A DNA stretch of 64,000 nucleotides from an uncultured bacterium (GTDB lineage: Bacteria > SAR324 > NAC60-12): the NCBI GenBank assembly GCA_965662235.1, contig CBFIGY010000002.1, positions 96,001 through 160,000 on the forward strand, read 5' to 3'. The position numbers were made by a program, and so were the translations under genes. Shown piece by piece: positions 30,316 to 40,447 of the stretch (positions are counted from its first letter, which is position 1; the number at the start of each line of letters is the position of its first letter). Below the pieces are notes generated by a model. The model worked only from the letters and a program-made list of their open reading frames with translations. It was not told the DNA's origin and searched no databases.

Positions 30316-30711
30316 ATGACCACGACTGTTCAATATTACGGAACCGGACGTCGCAAGACCTCGGTCGCTCGCGTTTACCTCCGCCCGGGCACGGGAAACA
30401 TCATTGTGAATAAGCGTCCCATTGATGAGTACTTTGGGCGAGAGACCCTGAAGATGATCGTTCGGCAACCGTTGGAGATGACCGAATCCATTGATCAGTA
30501 CGACGTACTCGTCAACGTCCGTGGAGGAGGACTTTCCGGACAGGCCGGCGCTGTGCGACACGGCATCTCCCGCGCTCTGCTGGTGACCGGAGACGACGTG
30601 CGGCCCACCTTGAAGAAGGCCGGCATGCTGACCCGGGACCCCCGCAAGGTGGAACGTAAGAAATACGGTCGCCCCGGCGCCCGAAAGCGTTACCAGTATT
30701 CCAAACGCTAA
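30316..30711 (+). CDS. rpsI: 30S ribosomal protein S9
   Basis: '[12 protein letters not shown]', '[10 protein letters not shown]', C-terminal 'QYSKR'. Confidence 0.98.
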   Translation: MTTTVQYYGTGRRKTSVARVYLRPGTGNIIVNKRPIDEYFGRETLKMIVRQPLEMTESIDQYDVLVNVRGGGLSGQAGAVRHGISRALLVTGDDVRPTLKKAGMLTRDPRKVERKKYGRPGARKRYQYSKR

Positions 30712-30741
30712 CGCCCCCCTACTTCCGTCCAGAAGGCTCCG

Positions 30742-31914
30742 ATGCTCGAACTGTTTTGGATCTTCTGGACGACCCTCTTTGCGAGCCTGACCCTCAACAC
30801 CTTCTTTCCCCTTACACATCAGCAGCGTCCTCCGCTCGGACACCTGATCAGCTTTGGGGCTTCTTGGATCTTCGGAGACCTCGCACCTCAGTGGGTGGTT
30901 CTGAACATCGGGGTGCTGGGATTCCTCTTGGCCGCTACTCCCGCTTCCAGTTGGACAGCCGGACTTCTGCTCTTGCACGGACTGTGCGGGGCCGCCTTGC
31001 TCTACCGGTGGAGCCAGCAACGTCACCTGCTCGCACACCTGAGGGTCGAAACCAACACCTCGTTCGAGCCTCAGCGCACACCAGCGCTCGACTGGTGGCC
31101 CACGGTATGGATCCCCAAAGCTCATCCCTCGGGCATCCGACGCCTCTCCGGTCTACGCTACAACGAAGCTCTTCCGGACTCCTGCTCGCTGGACCTCTAC
31201 CTCCCCGACTCTCTGCCTGCTACCCGCCGGCCACTGCTGCTGCACATCCATGGTGGGGGCTGGCTCGTGGGCACCAACAACCAGGGCCTTCCGCTTCTGC
31301 ATCACCTCGTCCAGCAGGGGTGGGCTTGCGCGGCTATGACGTACCGACTCAGCCCTCAGCACCGACACCCTGCGGCCCTGGAAGACGTTCTGTCCGCCAC
31401 CCGTTTCCTGCAGGAGCGCGCAGACGATTACCAGCTTGAGGCTCAGCAATTTTTCTTGTCAGGGGGATCAGCAGGCGCCCATTTGGCAAGCTTGGCTGCG
31501 TTTACCGCACCTGCTCAGGGCCTGAATGTAAGGGGATGTGTCTGTTACTACGGGGTCTTTAACCTCATGGCGCCCTTTGCGCTCATCAACACCTATCCGT
31601 CGGCTCGGCAGCTGTTGCAACAGCTGCTTCCGCCTCGGTGTGAGGCTCATCCGGAGGAGATTGAGAAGGCGTCTCCGTTTCATCAAATTCCCCCTCAACC
31701 GGTGCCCTTCCTCTTTCTGCATGGGCTCCGTGATTCACTGATCCCCTGGGAAGAGACCCGAGCCTTCGCTCAGGCACTCCGAGCACAAGGAGGCGAAGCC
31801 ACAGAGATGTATGTTCCCGGTGTGCAGCACTCGTTTGACATGCTTCCCTCGCTGGCAGCTTGGCAGATGCGCGCACCTGTTTCCGAGTGGCTGCACCACC
31901 AGCTACAGCGCTGA
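30742..31914 (+). CDS. Membrane-anchored HSL-family esterase/lipase
   Basis: 'HIHGGGW', 'GGSAG', 'HGLRD', 'HSFD'; N-terminal TM helices. Confidence 0.85.
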   Translation: MLELFWIFWTTLFASLTLNTFFPLTHQQRPPLGHLISFGASWIFGDLAPQWVVLNIGVLGFLLAATPASSWTAGLLLLHGLCGAALLYRWSQQRHLLAHLRVETNTSFEPQRTPALDWWPTVWIPKAHPSGIRRLSGLRYNEALPDSCSLDLYLPDSLPATRRPLLLHIHGGGWLVGTNNQGLPLLHHLVQQGWACAAMTYRLSPQHRHPAALEDVLSATRFLQERADDYQLEAQQFFLSGGSAGAHLASLAAFTAPAQGLNVRGCVCYYGVFNLMAPFALINTYPSARQLLQQLLPPRCEAHPEEIEKASPFHQIPPQPVPFLFLHGLRDSLIPWEETRAFAQALRAQGGEATEMYVPGVQHSFDMLPSLAAWQMRAPVSEWLHHQLQR

Positions 31915-33114
31915 CTCAGGCACCCGAACGTACACCGTCTCGCCCTGACGCTCATAGCTGATCAACTGAATCAGCGTCTCGCCCAGATCGTTCCCTGCCT
32001 CAAAGAAGATTGCTTGGAAGGGAATTTCAGCTCCACTGGCAAGCCCTTGGTTTTCACCAGAACGCCCCTCCGGAGTTTCCTGCACCTGCTGCATCTGCAC
32101 CGGACTCCACCCCTCCAACTCCTCATCGGTGAGCACGGAGCCAGCAAACACGATTCGGGTTTCCAGCAGCTTACCATCGGCATCAAGAGCCAGTGCCTTC
32201 AGTCGCACCTTTCCCACCTGATCTGCATCTCCAAACAGGTTCCGGACCTTCCCCTCTACCACCACAAGCGGCAGACGGTTGTAGGCATTCCGGACCTGAC
32301 GTGACTCGGGGGGCGCCACAAACTCAAACTGATGCACCTGTCCTCGGATCAGCTGAAAGACCACGCTGCGATCCAGAACCTGCAGGTAGCCGCCAACCAC
32401 AAGGATGGACGCGGCCACCAGGGTTCCCAGCATCAGGAAAATGGCCGTCTTTTCCATGAAGCTGAGCCCGGACTTGACCGGCTGCTCTGCCAGCTCCCGC
32501 TCCACCTCCTCGAGGGTCCGCCCACGCGGTTCAGGCTCGTCCAGGGGCATCAGCTCATCCAGTGACTCTGCTGGCACCTCAGAGAGCCTTCGTGCTCCAG
32601 ACGGGAGCTCTGCTTCAGACTCCTCCTCCTCGGGATTCATTCTGAGTTCCGGAGACTCCCCCGGCTCCGACGCTTCCGGAAATGCCGGCTCTTCGGCATC
32701 AGGCGCTTCAGGAGTTTGCGTCTTCAGAACCTTCTCCACCTCATCAATCTCAGCAGAAAGACGGGCTAGGTCCTCTTCCTGCCGGCGAGACAGTTCCTCC
32801 TCCTCTTCCAGCGCCTTCAGGGTCGAGTCTGCAGCAGCCTCGGCACGCGAGCGGATCGCGTCAGTTTCCACAAACGCCTCTTCCTCGGGAGTGCCCTGGG
32901 GCGGCGCACCGGACGGGCTGTTGCTCTTCCGGACCGGCACTTCTCCCGGTCGGACAAACAAGCCAAAGCGTTTGGATTCGTCCATGCGCTTGTAGTTCGG
33001 GCCCTCTTTCTCTTGGGAAAAAGAGACGGCCTCCAGGTAGGCCTGCTCTGCCTCAGAAGACAGTTGCAGCGGATTGGAGGGTGACGGGTTCTCGGAAGCA
33101 GGCGGTTCAGGCAT
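31903..33114 (-). CDS. DUF3426-like membrane protein (acidic N-terminus, one TM helix, periplasmic domain)
   Basis: E/P-rich N-terminus, TM helix, 'VVEGKVRN...VRLKAL', 'IPFQAIF'. Confidence 0.6.
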   Translation of the reverse strand: MPEPPASENPSPSNPLQLSSEAEQAYLEAVSFSQEKEGPNYKRMDESKRFGLFVRPGEVPVRKSNSPSGAPPQGTPEEEAFVETDAIRSRAEAAADSTLKALEEEEELSRRQEEDLARLSAEIDEVEKVLKTQTPEAPDAEEPAFPEASEPGESPELRMNPEEEESEAELPSGARRLSEVPAESLDELMPLDEPEPRGRTLEEVERELAEQPVKSGLSFMEKTAIFLMLGTLVAASILVVGGYLQVLDRSVVFQLIRGQVHQFEFVAPPESRQVRNAYNRLPLVVVEGKVRNLFGDADQVGKVRLKALALDADGKLLETRIVFAGSVLTDEELEGWSPVQMQQVQETPEGRSGENQGLASGAEIPFQAIFFEAGNDLGETLIQLISYERQGETVYVRVPESAL

Positions 33115-33324
33115 TACAGATTCAATACCGAGGTTGATGACAGAGACGTAGAGGTTACCGCCTCCCCCTTAGGCTTGCAAGACCAAGCATGCCTTGGCAA
33201 GCTCGTAGGGAAGGTCTTGCTGTTCTGCTTCGCGGTTTGCCTTTCCCTCTCCTCTCTGGGTGAGGAAACGCACCTGCGTCACGCCCCTGACCGGGGCTCC
33301 TGACCTCAACCGTCTGCCCGCGAC

Positions 33325-33765
33325 ATGATGATTCTTTTGCTACAGGTGGCCTCCACCTGGTTCATGACCGGACTCATCTGGTTCGTCCAGGTGGTCCACT
33401 ACCCGCTCTACAACCGAGTCGGCACCCAGGCTTTCTCCCGTTACGAGATCGACCACACTCACCTCACCACCCTCGTGGTCGGCCCCGCCATGCTGGTGGA
33501 ACTGCTTTCCGCCGCTTGGTTGCTCGGATACCCTCCGGAGGGCGTCAGCACGTGGCAGACCTGGTCCGGAATGGCCCTCCTCGGACTCATCTGGGTCTCC
33601 ACAGCCATCCTGCAGGTCCCGCAGCACAGCATCCTGGCAGCCGCGTTTGATGAAACCGCTTACACCACCCTCGTCGCCACCAACTGGATCCGGACCCTTG
33701 CCTGGACGCTCCGGGGAGGGCTCGTGCTCTGGATGCTGCACTCGGCCTTCATGGCCCGCGTGTGA
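33325..33765 (+). CDS. Conserved hypothetical 4-TM membrane protein
   Basis: 'MTGLIWFVQVVHYPL', 'QVPQH', 'NWIRT'. Confidence 0.75.
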   Translation: MMILLLQVASTWFMTGLIWFVQVVHYPLYNRVGTQAFSRYEIDHTHLTTLVVGPAMLVELLSAAWLLGYPPEGVSTWQTWSGMALLGLIWVSTAILQVPQHSILAAAFDETAYTTLVATNWIRTLAWTLRGGLVLWMLHSAFMARV

Positions 33766-34583
33766 GAATCATCGGCCTTGACTTCACCAGCGCCCCGTCC
33801 GCCCGCAAGGCGATTGTCGCCGCCTGCGGAACACTGACCCACGATGCCCTGTTTCTGGATGAGGCTCACTTCTTCCGGGACTGGGAGTCTTGGGAAACCT
33901 TCCTAGAGGTCGGCCAGTGGGTGGGCGCCGCTGATTTCCCCTTTGCCTTGCCCCAAGGGTTTGTTGCCGCTCAGGACTGGCCACTCCGGTGGGAAGACTG
34001 CGTGGCTCATGTCACCCAGATGGGACGAACCGCCTTCCTTGACACCCTGGAGCAGCACCGGCTGCACGCCGAGCCCGGAAAAAAAGAGCCCAAGCGAGCC
34101 GTTGATGTGCAGGCGGGGGCTCTGAGCCCCCTGAAGCTCTATCATGTTCCCACCGCCAAGATGTTTTATGCCGGCGCCACGCGGCTCCTCGCCAGCTCCC
34201 TGAACCTTCCCCCGTGTCGCCCATTGCCTTCAGACCGAACCCTGCTGGAGGGCTATCCGGGACTCGTCGCGCGGTTGCACCTGGGACGTCGCAAGTACAA
34301 ATCGGAGCCCGCAACACGCTGGAGTCCAGAAGAAGCCGCGGCGCGCCTAGAGCTGTTGACCCTGCTAGAGCAAGCACCGCTTCCCGGACACCCCATTACC
34401 CACCTTTCTGACTCCCTGGCTACACGGTGTCAGGAGGACGGTTCCGGGGACGTTTTGGATGCGGTGCTCTGTGCAACGCAGGCAGCCGCGGCATCCATCA
34501 AACCCAACTGGGGCATTCCCCCTTCCATCAACCCGGAGGAAAGCTGGATTCTCGATGCTGAACTCCGGGAGACTGCTCTGTGA
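33762..34583 (+). CDS. DUF429-family protein (predicted RNase H-fold nuclease)
   Basis: 'IIGLDFTSAP', 'DFPFALP', 'EGYP', 'DVLDAVLC'. Confidence 0.8.
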   Translation: MRIIGLDFTSAPSARKAIVAACGTLTHDALFLDEAHFFRDWESWETFLEVGQWVGAADFPFALPQGFVAAQDWPLRWEDCVAHVTQMGRTAFLDTLEQHRLHAEPGKKEPKRAVDVQAGALSPLKLYHVPTAKMFYAGATRLLASSLNLPPCRPLPSDRTLLEGYPGLVARLHLGRRKYKSEPATRWSPEEAAARLELLTLLEQAPLPGHPITHLSDSLATRCQEDGSGDVLDAVLCATQAAAASIKPNWGIPPSINPEESWILDAELRETAL

Positions 34584-34605
34584 ACCCTTTCCTGCCCACA
34601 CGCTC

Positions 34606-35760
34606 ATGTCCCGTCTGACCGTTGCCCTCGTGTTGCTACTGCTTGTCCCGACTTCTGCCTGGACGGCTCGCCTTCCCGCCGGACTGGCACCACTTGGGGT
34701 GCTGGGAGATTTTTCTGAGGTTGACCAGAACATCCTCTTCCTCACTCTGCAGGAAAACCTTTCCCTCCACTTCACCCTTGCCTCTCAGAAGGCCTTTGAG
34801 CAGGCACGCGAGGTGGCGTTTGAGGAGATGGATTATGAGGAATGCACTGAAGATCAGTGCTTTGCCATCATCCAGCAGGTGCTGCAGGTCGACTACCTCT
34901 TTCTGTTCAACATCTCCCGGAGCAATGACTTCACTCAGCTGTCTCTCACCGGCATCAACCGCGACAGCGCCCGAGTCGTCCGAACGGCCACCTGCGAAGG
35001 GTGCTCCCTGGCACAGCTGAATGAGAAGATCAGCGAGGTCGTTCTCCGCATGCTGGAGCAGCTGCAGCAAACTGATGAACTGCTGCAGAGCCCCCCAGCG
35101 CTTGCTCAGGCGGAGCCTCCCACGCCTCCGGGACCAACCGTTCAGGAGTTGGTCCCACCCGATCCGGAACCTGTCGAAGCGGCATCGCCTTATCCAGAGC
35201 TGCACCTGCAATTCGGGGCCTGCACCAGCACCCTCTTCAATCTGACTCCGCTTCGCGAAGGAGATCCCTACTACGACGTCAACTTCGCGCTGGGACGGGC
35301 GTTTGGCTTCAGCAACAAGTGGAACGAGCAGCACTCCTTCAGCTTCCTCAGTTGCCAGGCTCCACTCAGTGGGATCGAGCACGCCGGGGAGGGATTTGTG
35401 CAGCTCAACGGCGATAGCGAGGGGCAGTCCTTTTCGTTGATGATTGAGCGGGAACGCAGCTTCCGGAGCCTAGAAGGCCTCTTGGGGCTGGGCGTGTCTC
35501 ATTATGCCCTCTACTTTGACTTCTACGACCCTTACCGTCAGATCAACGGCAGCTACGACTTCGACCAGGGGGTGGTGACCACCATGATGTCGCTGAAGTA
35601 TGCCCCTGTTGAGCGGGTTTACCTCAAGCTGGATACCCTCTTCTTCTTCTTCGGACTGACCGACCGGGAAACGGTGATGCAGCTCGACGGACAGGAGGTT
35701 GGCTATGAAATCAAGCAGGTTCTCATGTCCTTCATGCTCCGAATTGGCTTCCTTCTTTAG
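34606..35760 (+). CDS. Exported hypothetical protein: Cys-containing N-terminal domain, Pro-rich linker, probable C-terminal beta-barrel
   Basis: Signal peptide at ATG 34606; 'EECTEDQC' and 'CEGC'; aromatic-rich C-terminal strands ending 'RIGFLL'. Confidence 0.6.
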   Translation: MSRLTVALVLLLLVPTSAWTARLPAGLAPLGVLGDFSEVDQNILFLTLQENLSLHFTLASQKAFEQAREVAFEEMDYEECTEDQCFAIIQQVLQVDYLFLFNISRSNDFTQLSLTGINRDSARVVRTATCEGCSLAQLNEKISEVVLRMLEQLQQTDELLQSPPALAQAEPPTPPGPTVQELVPPDPEPVEAASPYPELHLQFGACTSTLFNLTPLREGDPYYDVNFALGRAFGFSNKWNEQHSFSFLSCQAPLSGIEHAGEGFVQLNGDSEGQSFSLMIERERSFRSLEGLLGLGVSHYALYFDFYDPYRQINGSYDFDQGVVTTMMSLKYAPVERVYLKLDTLFFFFGLTDRETVMQLDGQEVGYEIKQVLMSFMLRIGFLL

Positions 35761-35936
35761 CCTGAAAAAATTATCTTTCGGACAGAACGATTCCGGTTCA
35801 TTTCCCAAGACAGAATCCGGAACGCCCACCAGCCGGTTCCACAAGCACATGAGCAGGGACTCAGCTTGCAGTGTCGGGCGTTTTATGGTGAGGTCTTTGG
35901 GTTTCTGAAGGGCATTCACTTTTGTAAGGAGACCGA

Positions 35937-37910
35937 ATGGTCCGTCTTTGTCTCACTTCCTCCTTGATGTCTCATCCCGTTGTCGGAAACCTTCCCGACT
36001 TCGATGACGCGGTGACCCTGGAACCCGTCCAGCACCTGCAGGACGCGTTGCAGCTGAAGGGTCCGGTCCTGCTGATTCTGGATGATGCTGAATACGCCAT
36101 GTGGCAGCTTCTGCGGCAGGAAGCCCCAAAGGGATTTTATGCGGTCCTCCTTAGTCACGACCACGACTTCCTCCCGGAAGAGCAAAGTCCGGAGATGCTG
36201 GACCTGCACCACCTAGACACCCTGAGCGTCACACGCTGGCACTTCATTCTGCAAAAGCGCCTCCGTCAGGTGGAGCAGCTCTGGAAGGTCACGGACCTTG
36301 AAGCCTACATCCGCCTGCAGAATCGGCAGTTCAACGAACTCCATGAGATCGGTGTTTCCCTCTCAGCGGAAAAAAACATCGACCGCCTGCTGGAGCTCAT
36401 TGTCACCAACAGCATGAAGCTGACTCGCGCAGACGGCGGAAGCCTCTACCTGCTGGAGAGCCTAGAGGATGTTCCGGAAGACCCCAACAACTACCTCAGC
36501 AACAAGCAGCTCCGCTTTGCCGTCCACCGCAACGAATCCCGGACCCTGCAGCTTGAGGAGCACAACCTCAAGATCAACCAGGACTCGGTCTATGGCTTCA
36601 CGATCCTGAAGAAAGCGCCTCTGAACATTGAAGACGCCTACCAAGTGGGAGAGAACGATGAGTTCCGCTGGGGAGGACGACAGATTGACCAGCAGTATCA
36701 GTACCGCACCAAGTCGATCCTGGCGGTGCCCATGCTGGACAGCCGCAACCGCGTCATCGGCGTCATTCAGCTGATCAACAAAAAGCCCCGCCCGGGCATG
36801 GTCCTCGAGAGCGTTGAGGAGATTGAAGGGAGCGTCCGGAGCTTCACCGCCGAAGACTCGCAGCTGATTGAGTCCGTTGCCTCTCAGGCCGCAACGGCGC
36901 TCCAGAATGCCGAGTTAGTCGACTCCATCAGCATCCTCTTCGATGGCTTCATCAATGCGAGCGTCAAGGCCATTGAGTCCCGTGACCCCACCACCTCCGG
37001 TCACTCCAGCCGGGTTGCCACGCTGACCATCGCACTTGCAGAGATCGCCCACCAGCGCACCACGGGCCCTTTCGCGGAGATCCGCTTCAACCGTGAGCAG
37101 CTGGATGAAATCCGCTACGCCTCCTTGCTTCATGACTTCGGAAAAATCGGCGTCCGGGAGAGTGTCCTCGTCAAGGCCAAGAAGCTGTATCCCGAGGAGC
37201 AGCAAGCTGTCATGGACCGGTTCCGGATCATCCGCCAGACCCTGGAACTGGGCGCCACGCAGCGTCAGCTCAACTACTTCTTGGAAAAAAACCGAGAGGA
37301 AGCCCTATCGCTCGTGGAGCAGGATCAGCAGCGGATGCGCGACCAACTGAGCGAGTTGGACGAGTACCTCAAGTTTGTCATCCGCGCCAATGAGCCCACG
37401 GTGCTGGCGCAAGGAGGCTTTGAGAAGCTCCAGGAAATTGGCAACCTGACCTTTGTGCACCCCAACCAGATCTCCATGCCGTACCTGACCCCGCATGAGG
37501 TCCGGTCCCTCTCGGTTCCCAAAGGATCCCTCAATGAGCAGGACCGCCACGAGATCGAGTCTCACGTCACTCACACCTTCAACTTCCTCAACATCATTCC
37601 CTGGTCCACGGAGCTTTCCCGTGTTCCAGAAATCGCCTACGCCCACCACGAAAAGCTCAACGGCTCAGGCTACCCCCGGAAGCTGACTTCAGAGGAAATT
37701 CCCATCCAGTCGAAAATGATGACCATCGCGGACATCTACGACGCCCTCACGGCTTGGGACCGCCCCTACAAGAAGGCCATGCCTGCGGAACGTGCGCTGC
37801 AGATCCTCGAATTTGAGGCCAAGGACCAGCACATCGACCGGGAGCTGCTCAACCTCTTCATTGAGGCGAAGATCTTCCACCTGGTCCGGCGTCCCGAGAT
37901 TCGGCACTGA
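35937..37910 (+). CDS. GAF + HD-GYP cyclic-dinucleotide phosphodiesterase
   Basis: GAF 'YRTKSILAVPM...GVIQLINKK'; 'TSGHSSRV', 'LLHDFGK', 'HHEKLNGSGYP', 'IADIYDALT...RPYK'. Confidence 0.92.
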   Translation: MVRLCLTSSLMSHPVVGNLPDFDDAVTLEPVQHLQDALQLKGPVLLILDDAEYAMWQLLRQEAPKGFYAVLLSHDHDFLPEEQSPEMLDLHHLDTLSVTRWHFILQKRLRQVEQLWKVTDLEAYIRLQNRQFNELHEIGVSLSAEKNIDRLLELIVTNSMKLTRADGGSLYLLESLEDVPEDPNNYLSNKQLRFAVHRNESRTLQLEEHNLKINQDSVYGFTILKKAPLNIEDAYQVGENDEFRWGGRQIDQQYQYRTKSILAVPMLDSRNRVIGVIQLINKKPRPGMVLESVEEIEGSVRSFTAEDSQLIESVASQAATALQNAELVDSISILFDGFINASVKAIESRDPTTSGHSSRVATLTIALAEIAHQRTTGPFAEIRFNREQLDEIRYASLLHDFGKIGVRESVLVKAKKLYPEEQQAVMDRFRIIRQTLELGATQRQLNYFLEKNREEALSLVEQDQQRMRDQLSELDEYLKFVIRANEPTVLAQGGFEKLQEIGNLTFVHPNQISMPYLTPHEVRSLSVPKGSLNEQDRHEIESHVTHTFNFLNIIPWSTELSRVPEIAYAHHEKLNGSGYPRKLTSEEIPIQSKMMTIADIYDALTAWDRPYKKAMPAERALQILEFEAKDQHIDRELLNLFIEAKIFHLVRRPEIRH

Positions 37911-37926
37911 CTCAACGAGTTTTGCA

Positions 37927-37955
37927 TTGACTGCTCTTAGGAATCCGGTTAAATA
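37927..37955 (+). promoter_or_regulatory. Possible sigma70 promoter of the rplY operon
   Basis: TTGACT followed 16-17 bp later by TTAAAT/TAAATA. Confidence 0.4.
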
Positions 37956-37996
37956 AGGGGTTTGCCTTTTTTCACCGTATTCTGGAAAAGCAACCC

Positions 37997-38599
37997 ATGT
38001 CAGAGATGCAGCTCAACGCCACCCTGCGCGAATCCACAGGAAAAGTCGACAATCAGCGACTTCGACGCGAAGGGAAAATCCCAGCCGTTCTTTATGGCCC
38101 TCGAGGCAACTTCTCCTTGGAAATGGACGAAGAAGCCACCCGTTACTCCTTGGAAAAGTACTCCGGACGTCACGAGCTGATGAAACTCAAGATCAGTGGC
38201 GCTGAGGACTGGGAAGGCGAGGTGCTGCTCCAGGACGTCCAGAAGCACCCCTACAAGCACCAGATCGTGCACCTGGACTTCCGCGAGCCTCCGGCAGGCA
38301 GTCGCCTCAAGCTGAGCATTCCGCTCCGCACCGTTGGCGAGTCTCCCGGGGTCAAGCGCGGGGGCGTGATGCAGCTGCCGCTGCGCAACATTCAGGTCCT
38401 CTGCTACCCTGACAACATCCCCAGCACCATCGATGTCGACGTCTCCGAGCTCGACTTGGGCGTGACCCTGCGGGCGTCGGATCTGCAGATGCCGGATCGC
38501 GTTTCCCTGGCCAGCACCGAGAACTTCACCGTCGCCTCCATCGTGGGACGCGCCGCCCGTCAGATCGCTGCAGCCGCTGCTGCTGAAAAGCAGAAGTAA
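37997..38599 (+). CDS. rplY: 50S ribosomal protein L25/CTC
   Basis: 'RLRREGKIPAVLYG', 'HLDF', 'GVKRGG'. Confidence 0.95.
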   Translation: MSEMQLNATLRESTGKVDNQRLRREGKIPAVLYGPRGNFSLEMDEEATRYSLEKYSGRHELMKLKISGAEDWEGEVLLQDVQKHPYKHQIVHLDFREPPAGSRLKLSIPLRTVGESPGVKRGGVMQLPLRNIQVLCYPDNIPSTIDVDVSELDLGVTLRASDLQMPDRVSLASTENFTVASIVGRAARQIAAAAAAEKQK

Positions 38600-38613
38600 G
38601 ACTCTCGTTCTTC

Positions 38614-39237
38614 ATGAAGCTGCTGGTGGGACTCGGGAATCCGGGACGTGAGTACGAATCCACTCCCCACAACGTGGGCTTCAGAGTCATCGACGAGTTG
38701 GCCCAGCGTTTCGGATTGGGAACCGCACAAACGAAGTTCCAGAGTGAGTTCTTCCGGCAGGGTTCGGGAGACGATGCACTCATGCTCATGAAGCCTCAGA
38801 CCTTCATGAACCGGAGCGGCTTTGCGGTTTCCGAGTGCCTCCGCTTCTACAAGCTGCCGCCTGAAAGCGTGGTCGTCATCTCAGACGACCTCGACCTTCC
38901 TCCCGGAAAAGCCCGCACCCGTGAAGGGGGTGGACATGGTGGACACAATGGGTTGCGTTCCATCATTGAGCAACTGGGAACCGATGCCTTCCGGCGCGTC
39001 CGGATTGGCATCGGGCGTCCCGCCCAAAAAGAACAGGTGACCGGATACGTCCTTGGCAACTGGACTGGAGAAGGCGCCGAACTGGGGCAAAAGACCGTCC
39101 TCCGTGTGGCGGACTTTCTGGAAAAGTACACCAAGCATTCACGGTGGAGCAGCACCTCCCTTTCGGTGCTCCCGCCTCAAAAGAAAAAAACACCGCCTCC
39201 CCCGACTGAAGAAACGGGGACGCTGCCTCCTTCCTGA
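38614..39237 (+). CDS. pth: Peptidyl-tRNA hydrolase
   Basis: 'VGLGNPG...HNVGF', 'KPQTFMN', 'DDLDL', 'GGHNGLRS'. Confidence 0.97.
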   Translation: MKLLVGLGNPGREYESTPHNVGFRVIDELAQRFGLGTAQTKFQSEFFRQGSGDDALMLMKPQTFMNRSGFAVSECLRFYKLPPESVVVISDDLDLPPGKARTREGGGHGGHNGLRSIIEQLGTDAFRRVRIGIGRPAQKEQVTGYVLGNWTGEGAELGQKTVLRVADFLEKYTKHSRWSSTSLSVLPPQKKKTPPPPTEETGTLPPS

Positions 39238-39243
39238 AACTCC

Positions 39244-40335
39244 ATGGCCCTTGAAATTGGCATTGTCGGTCTTCCCAATGTGGGAAAGTCCACGCTGTTC
39301 CGCGCCCTGACCAAGGTGCAAGCGGAGGCGGCCAATTACCCGTTTTGCACCATTGACCCCAACGTTGGCATTGTGCCAGTCCGGGACCCGCGGCTGGAGC
39401 GTCTGGTGCAGCTGGTGGAACCCGACAGCATTGTCCCAGCGACCCTCCGGGTGGTGGACATCGCAGGGCTCGTCAAAGGCGCCAGCCAGGGAGAGGGGCT
39501 GGGCAACAAGTTCCTTTCCCACATCCGGCAGGTGGACGCCATTGCACACGTCGTCCGGTGCTTTGACGATGAAAACGTGGTGCACGTTTCTGGCGCCCCG
39601 GATCCGCTCCGTGACGTGGACGTCATTCACACCGAGCTCGTGCTGGCGGACTTGGAGCAGGTGGAACGCAAGCGGGAACGCGTTGAAAAGCAGTCCAAGG
39701 CCAATAAGTCCATGCAGCAAACGCTGCCCGTTTACGACCGCATGATCGCCCACCTCAACGAAGGCCAACTGGCCCGAACCCTTGAGCTGAGTGACGAAGA
39801 GGCTGAGCTGTTCCGGGACCTGCAGATGATCACCCAGAAGCCCTACCTCTACATCGCCAATGTCGATGAAGACGGCCTTCGGACGCAAAGCGCGTTTGAG
39901 CAAGCGCTCCGGACCCGAGCTGAGGAAGAAGGGGTGGAGGTTATTCCCATTTGTGCGCAGGTGGAGTCGGAGCTTTCTGAAATGGAAGACGACGAGGCTC
40001 AGGCCTTCATGGAAGAGCTCGGAATCGGTTCTTCCGGACTGCAGCAGCTCACCCACGCGGGGTACCAACTGCTCAACCAGATCACCTTCTTCACCTCCGG
40101 CAAGCAGGAAGTCCGCGCTTGGGAGGTCAAGAAGGACGCCACGGCCCCACAGGCGGCAGGCAAGATTCACTCTGATTTTGAGAAGGGCTTCATCCGAGCC
40201 GAGGTCTTTCACTACAGCGACATTGATGCCCTTGGCTCCGAACAGGCCGTCAAGGAGGCCGGAAAGTGGCGTCTTGAGGGACGCGAGTACGTGGTGCAAG
40301 ATGGCGACATCATGCACTTTCGCTTCAACGTCTGA
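39244..40335 (+). CDS. ychF: Redox-regulated ATPase YchF
   Basis: 'GIVGLPNVGKST', 'ANYPFCTIDPN', 'DIAGLV', 'IHSDFEKGFIRAE', C-terminal 'FRFNV'. Confidence 0.97.
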   Translation: MALEIGIVGLPNVGKSTLFRALTKVQAEAANYPFCTIDPNVGIVPVRDPRLERLVQLVEPDSIVPATLRVVDIAGLVKGASQGEGLGNKFLSHIRQVDAIAHVVRCFDDENVVHVSGAPDPLRDVDVIHTELVLADLEQVERKRERVEKQSKANKSMQQTLPVYDRMIAHLNEGQLARTLELSDEEAELFRDLQMITQKPYLYIANVDEDGLRTQSAFEQALRTRAEEEGVEVIPICAQVESELSEMEDDEAQAFMEELGIGSSGLQQLTHAGYQLLNQITFFTSGKQEVRAWEVKKDATAPQAAGKIHSDFEKGFIRAEVFHYSDIDALGSEQAVKEAGKWRLEGREYVVQDGDIMHFRFNV

Positions 40336-40385
40336 CGAAGTTGAAGCCGGCTCCTTTGGGAGCCTTGCCGCATAGGGCGGCTCTG

Positions 40386-40409
40386 ACCTGAGCAAGCTCA
40401 GGTTTTTTT
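40386..40409 (+). terminator. Intrinsic terminator after ychF
   Basis: ACCTGAG-CAAG-CTCAGGT stem-loop followed by a T-run. Confidence 0.7.
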
Positions 40410-40442
40410 CCTTGTCCGCAAGGGCCAACCCGTAAGGAAAGT
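40406..40442 (+). promoter_or_regulatory. Putative S6:S18 autoregulatory leader of rpsF
   Basis: TTTCCTT pairs with AAGGAAA (the RBS region), enclosing a GTCC-GCAA-GGGC hairpin and an unpaired CCCG, as in known rpsF leaders. Confidence 0.55.
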
Positions 40443-40447
40443 AGCAA

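Noticed and set aside
37911..37996. tRNA-Gln/prs often found upstream of rplY
   Set aside because: The spacer is only about 85 bp, with no cloverleaf or T-loop motif.
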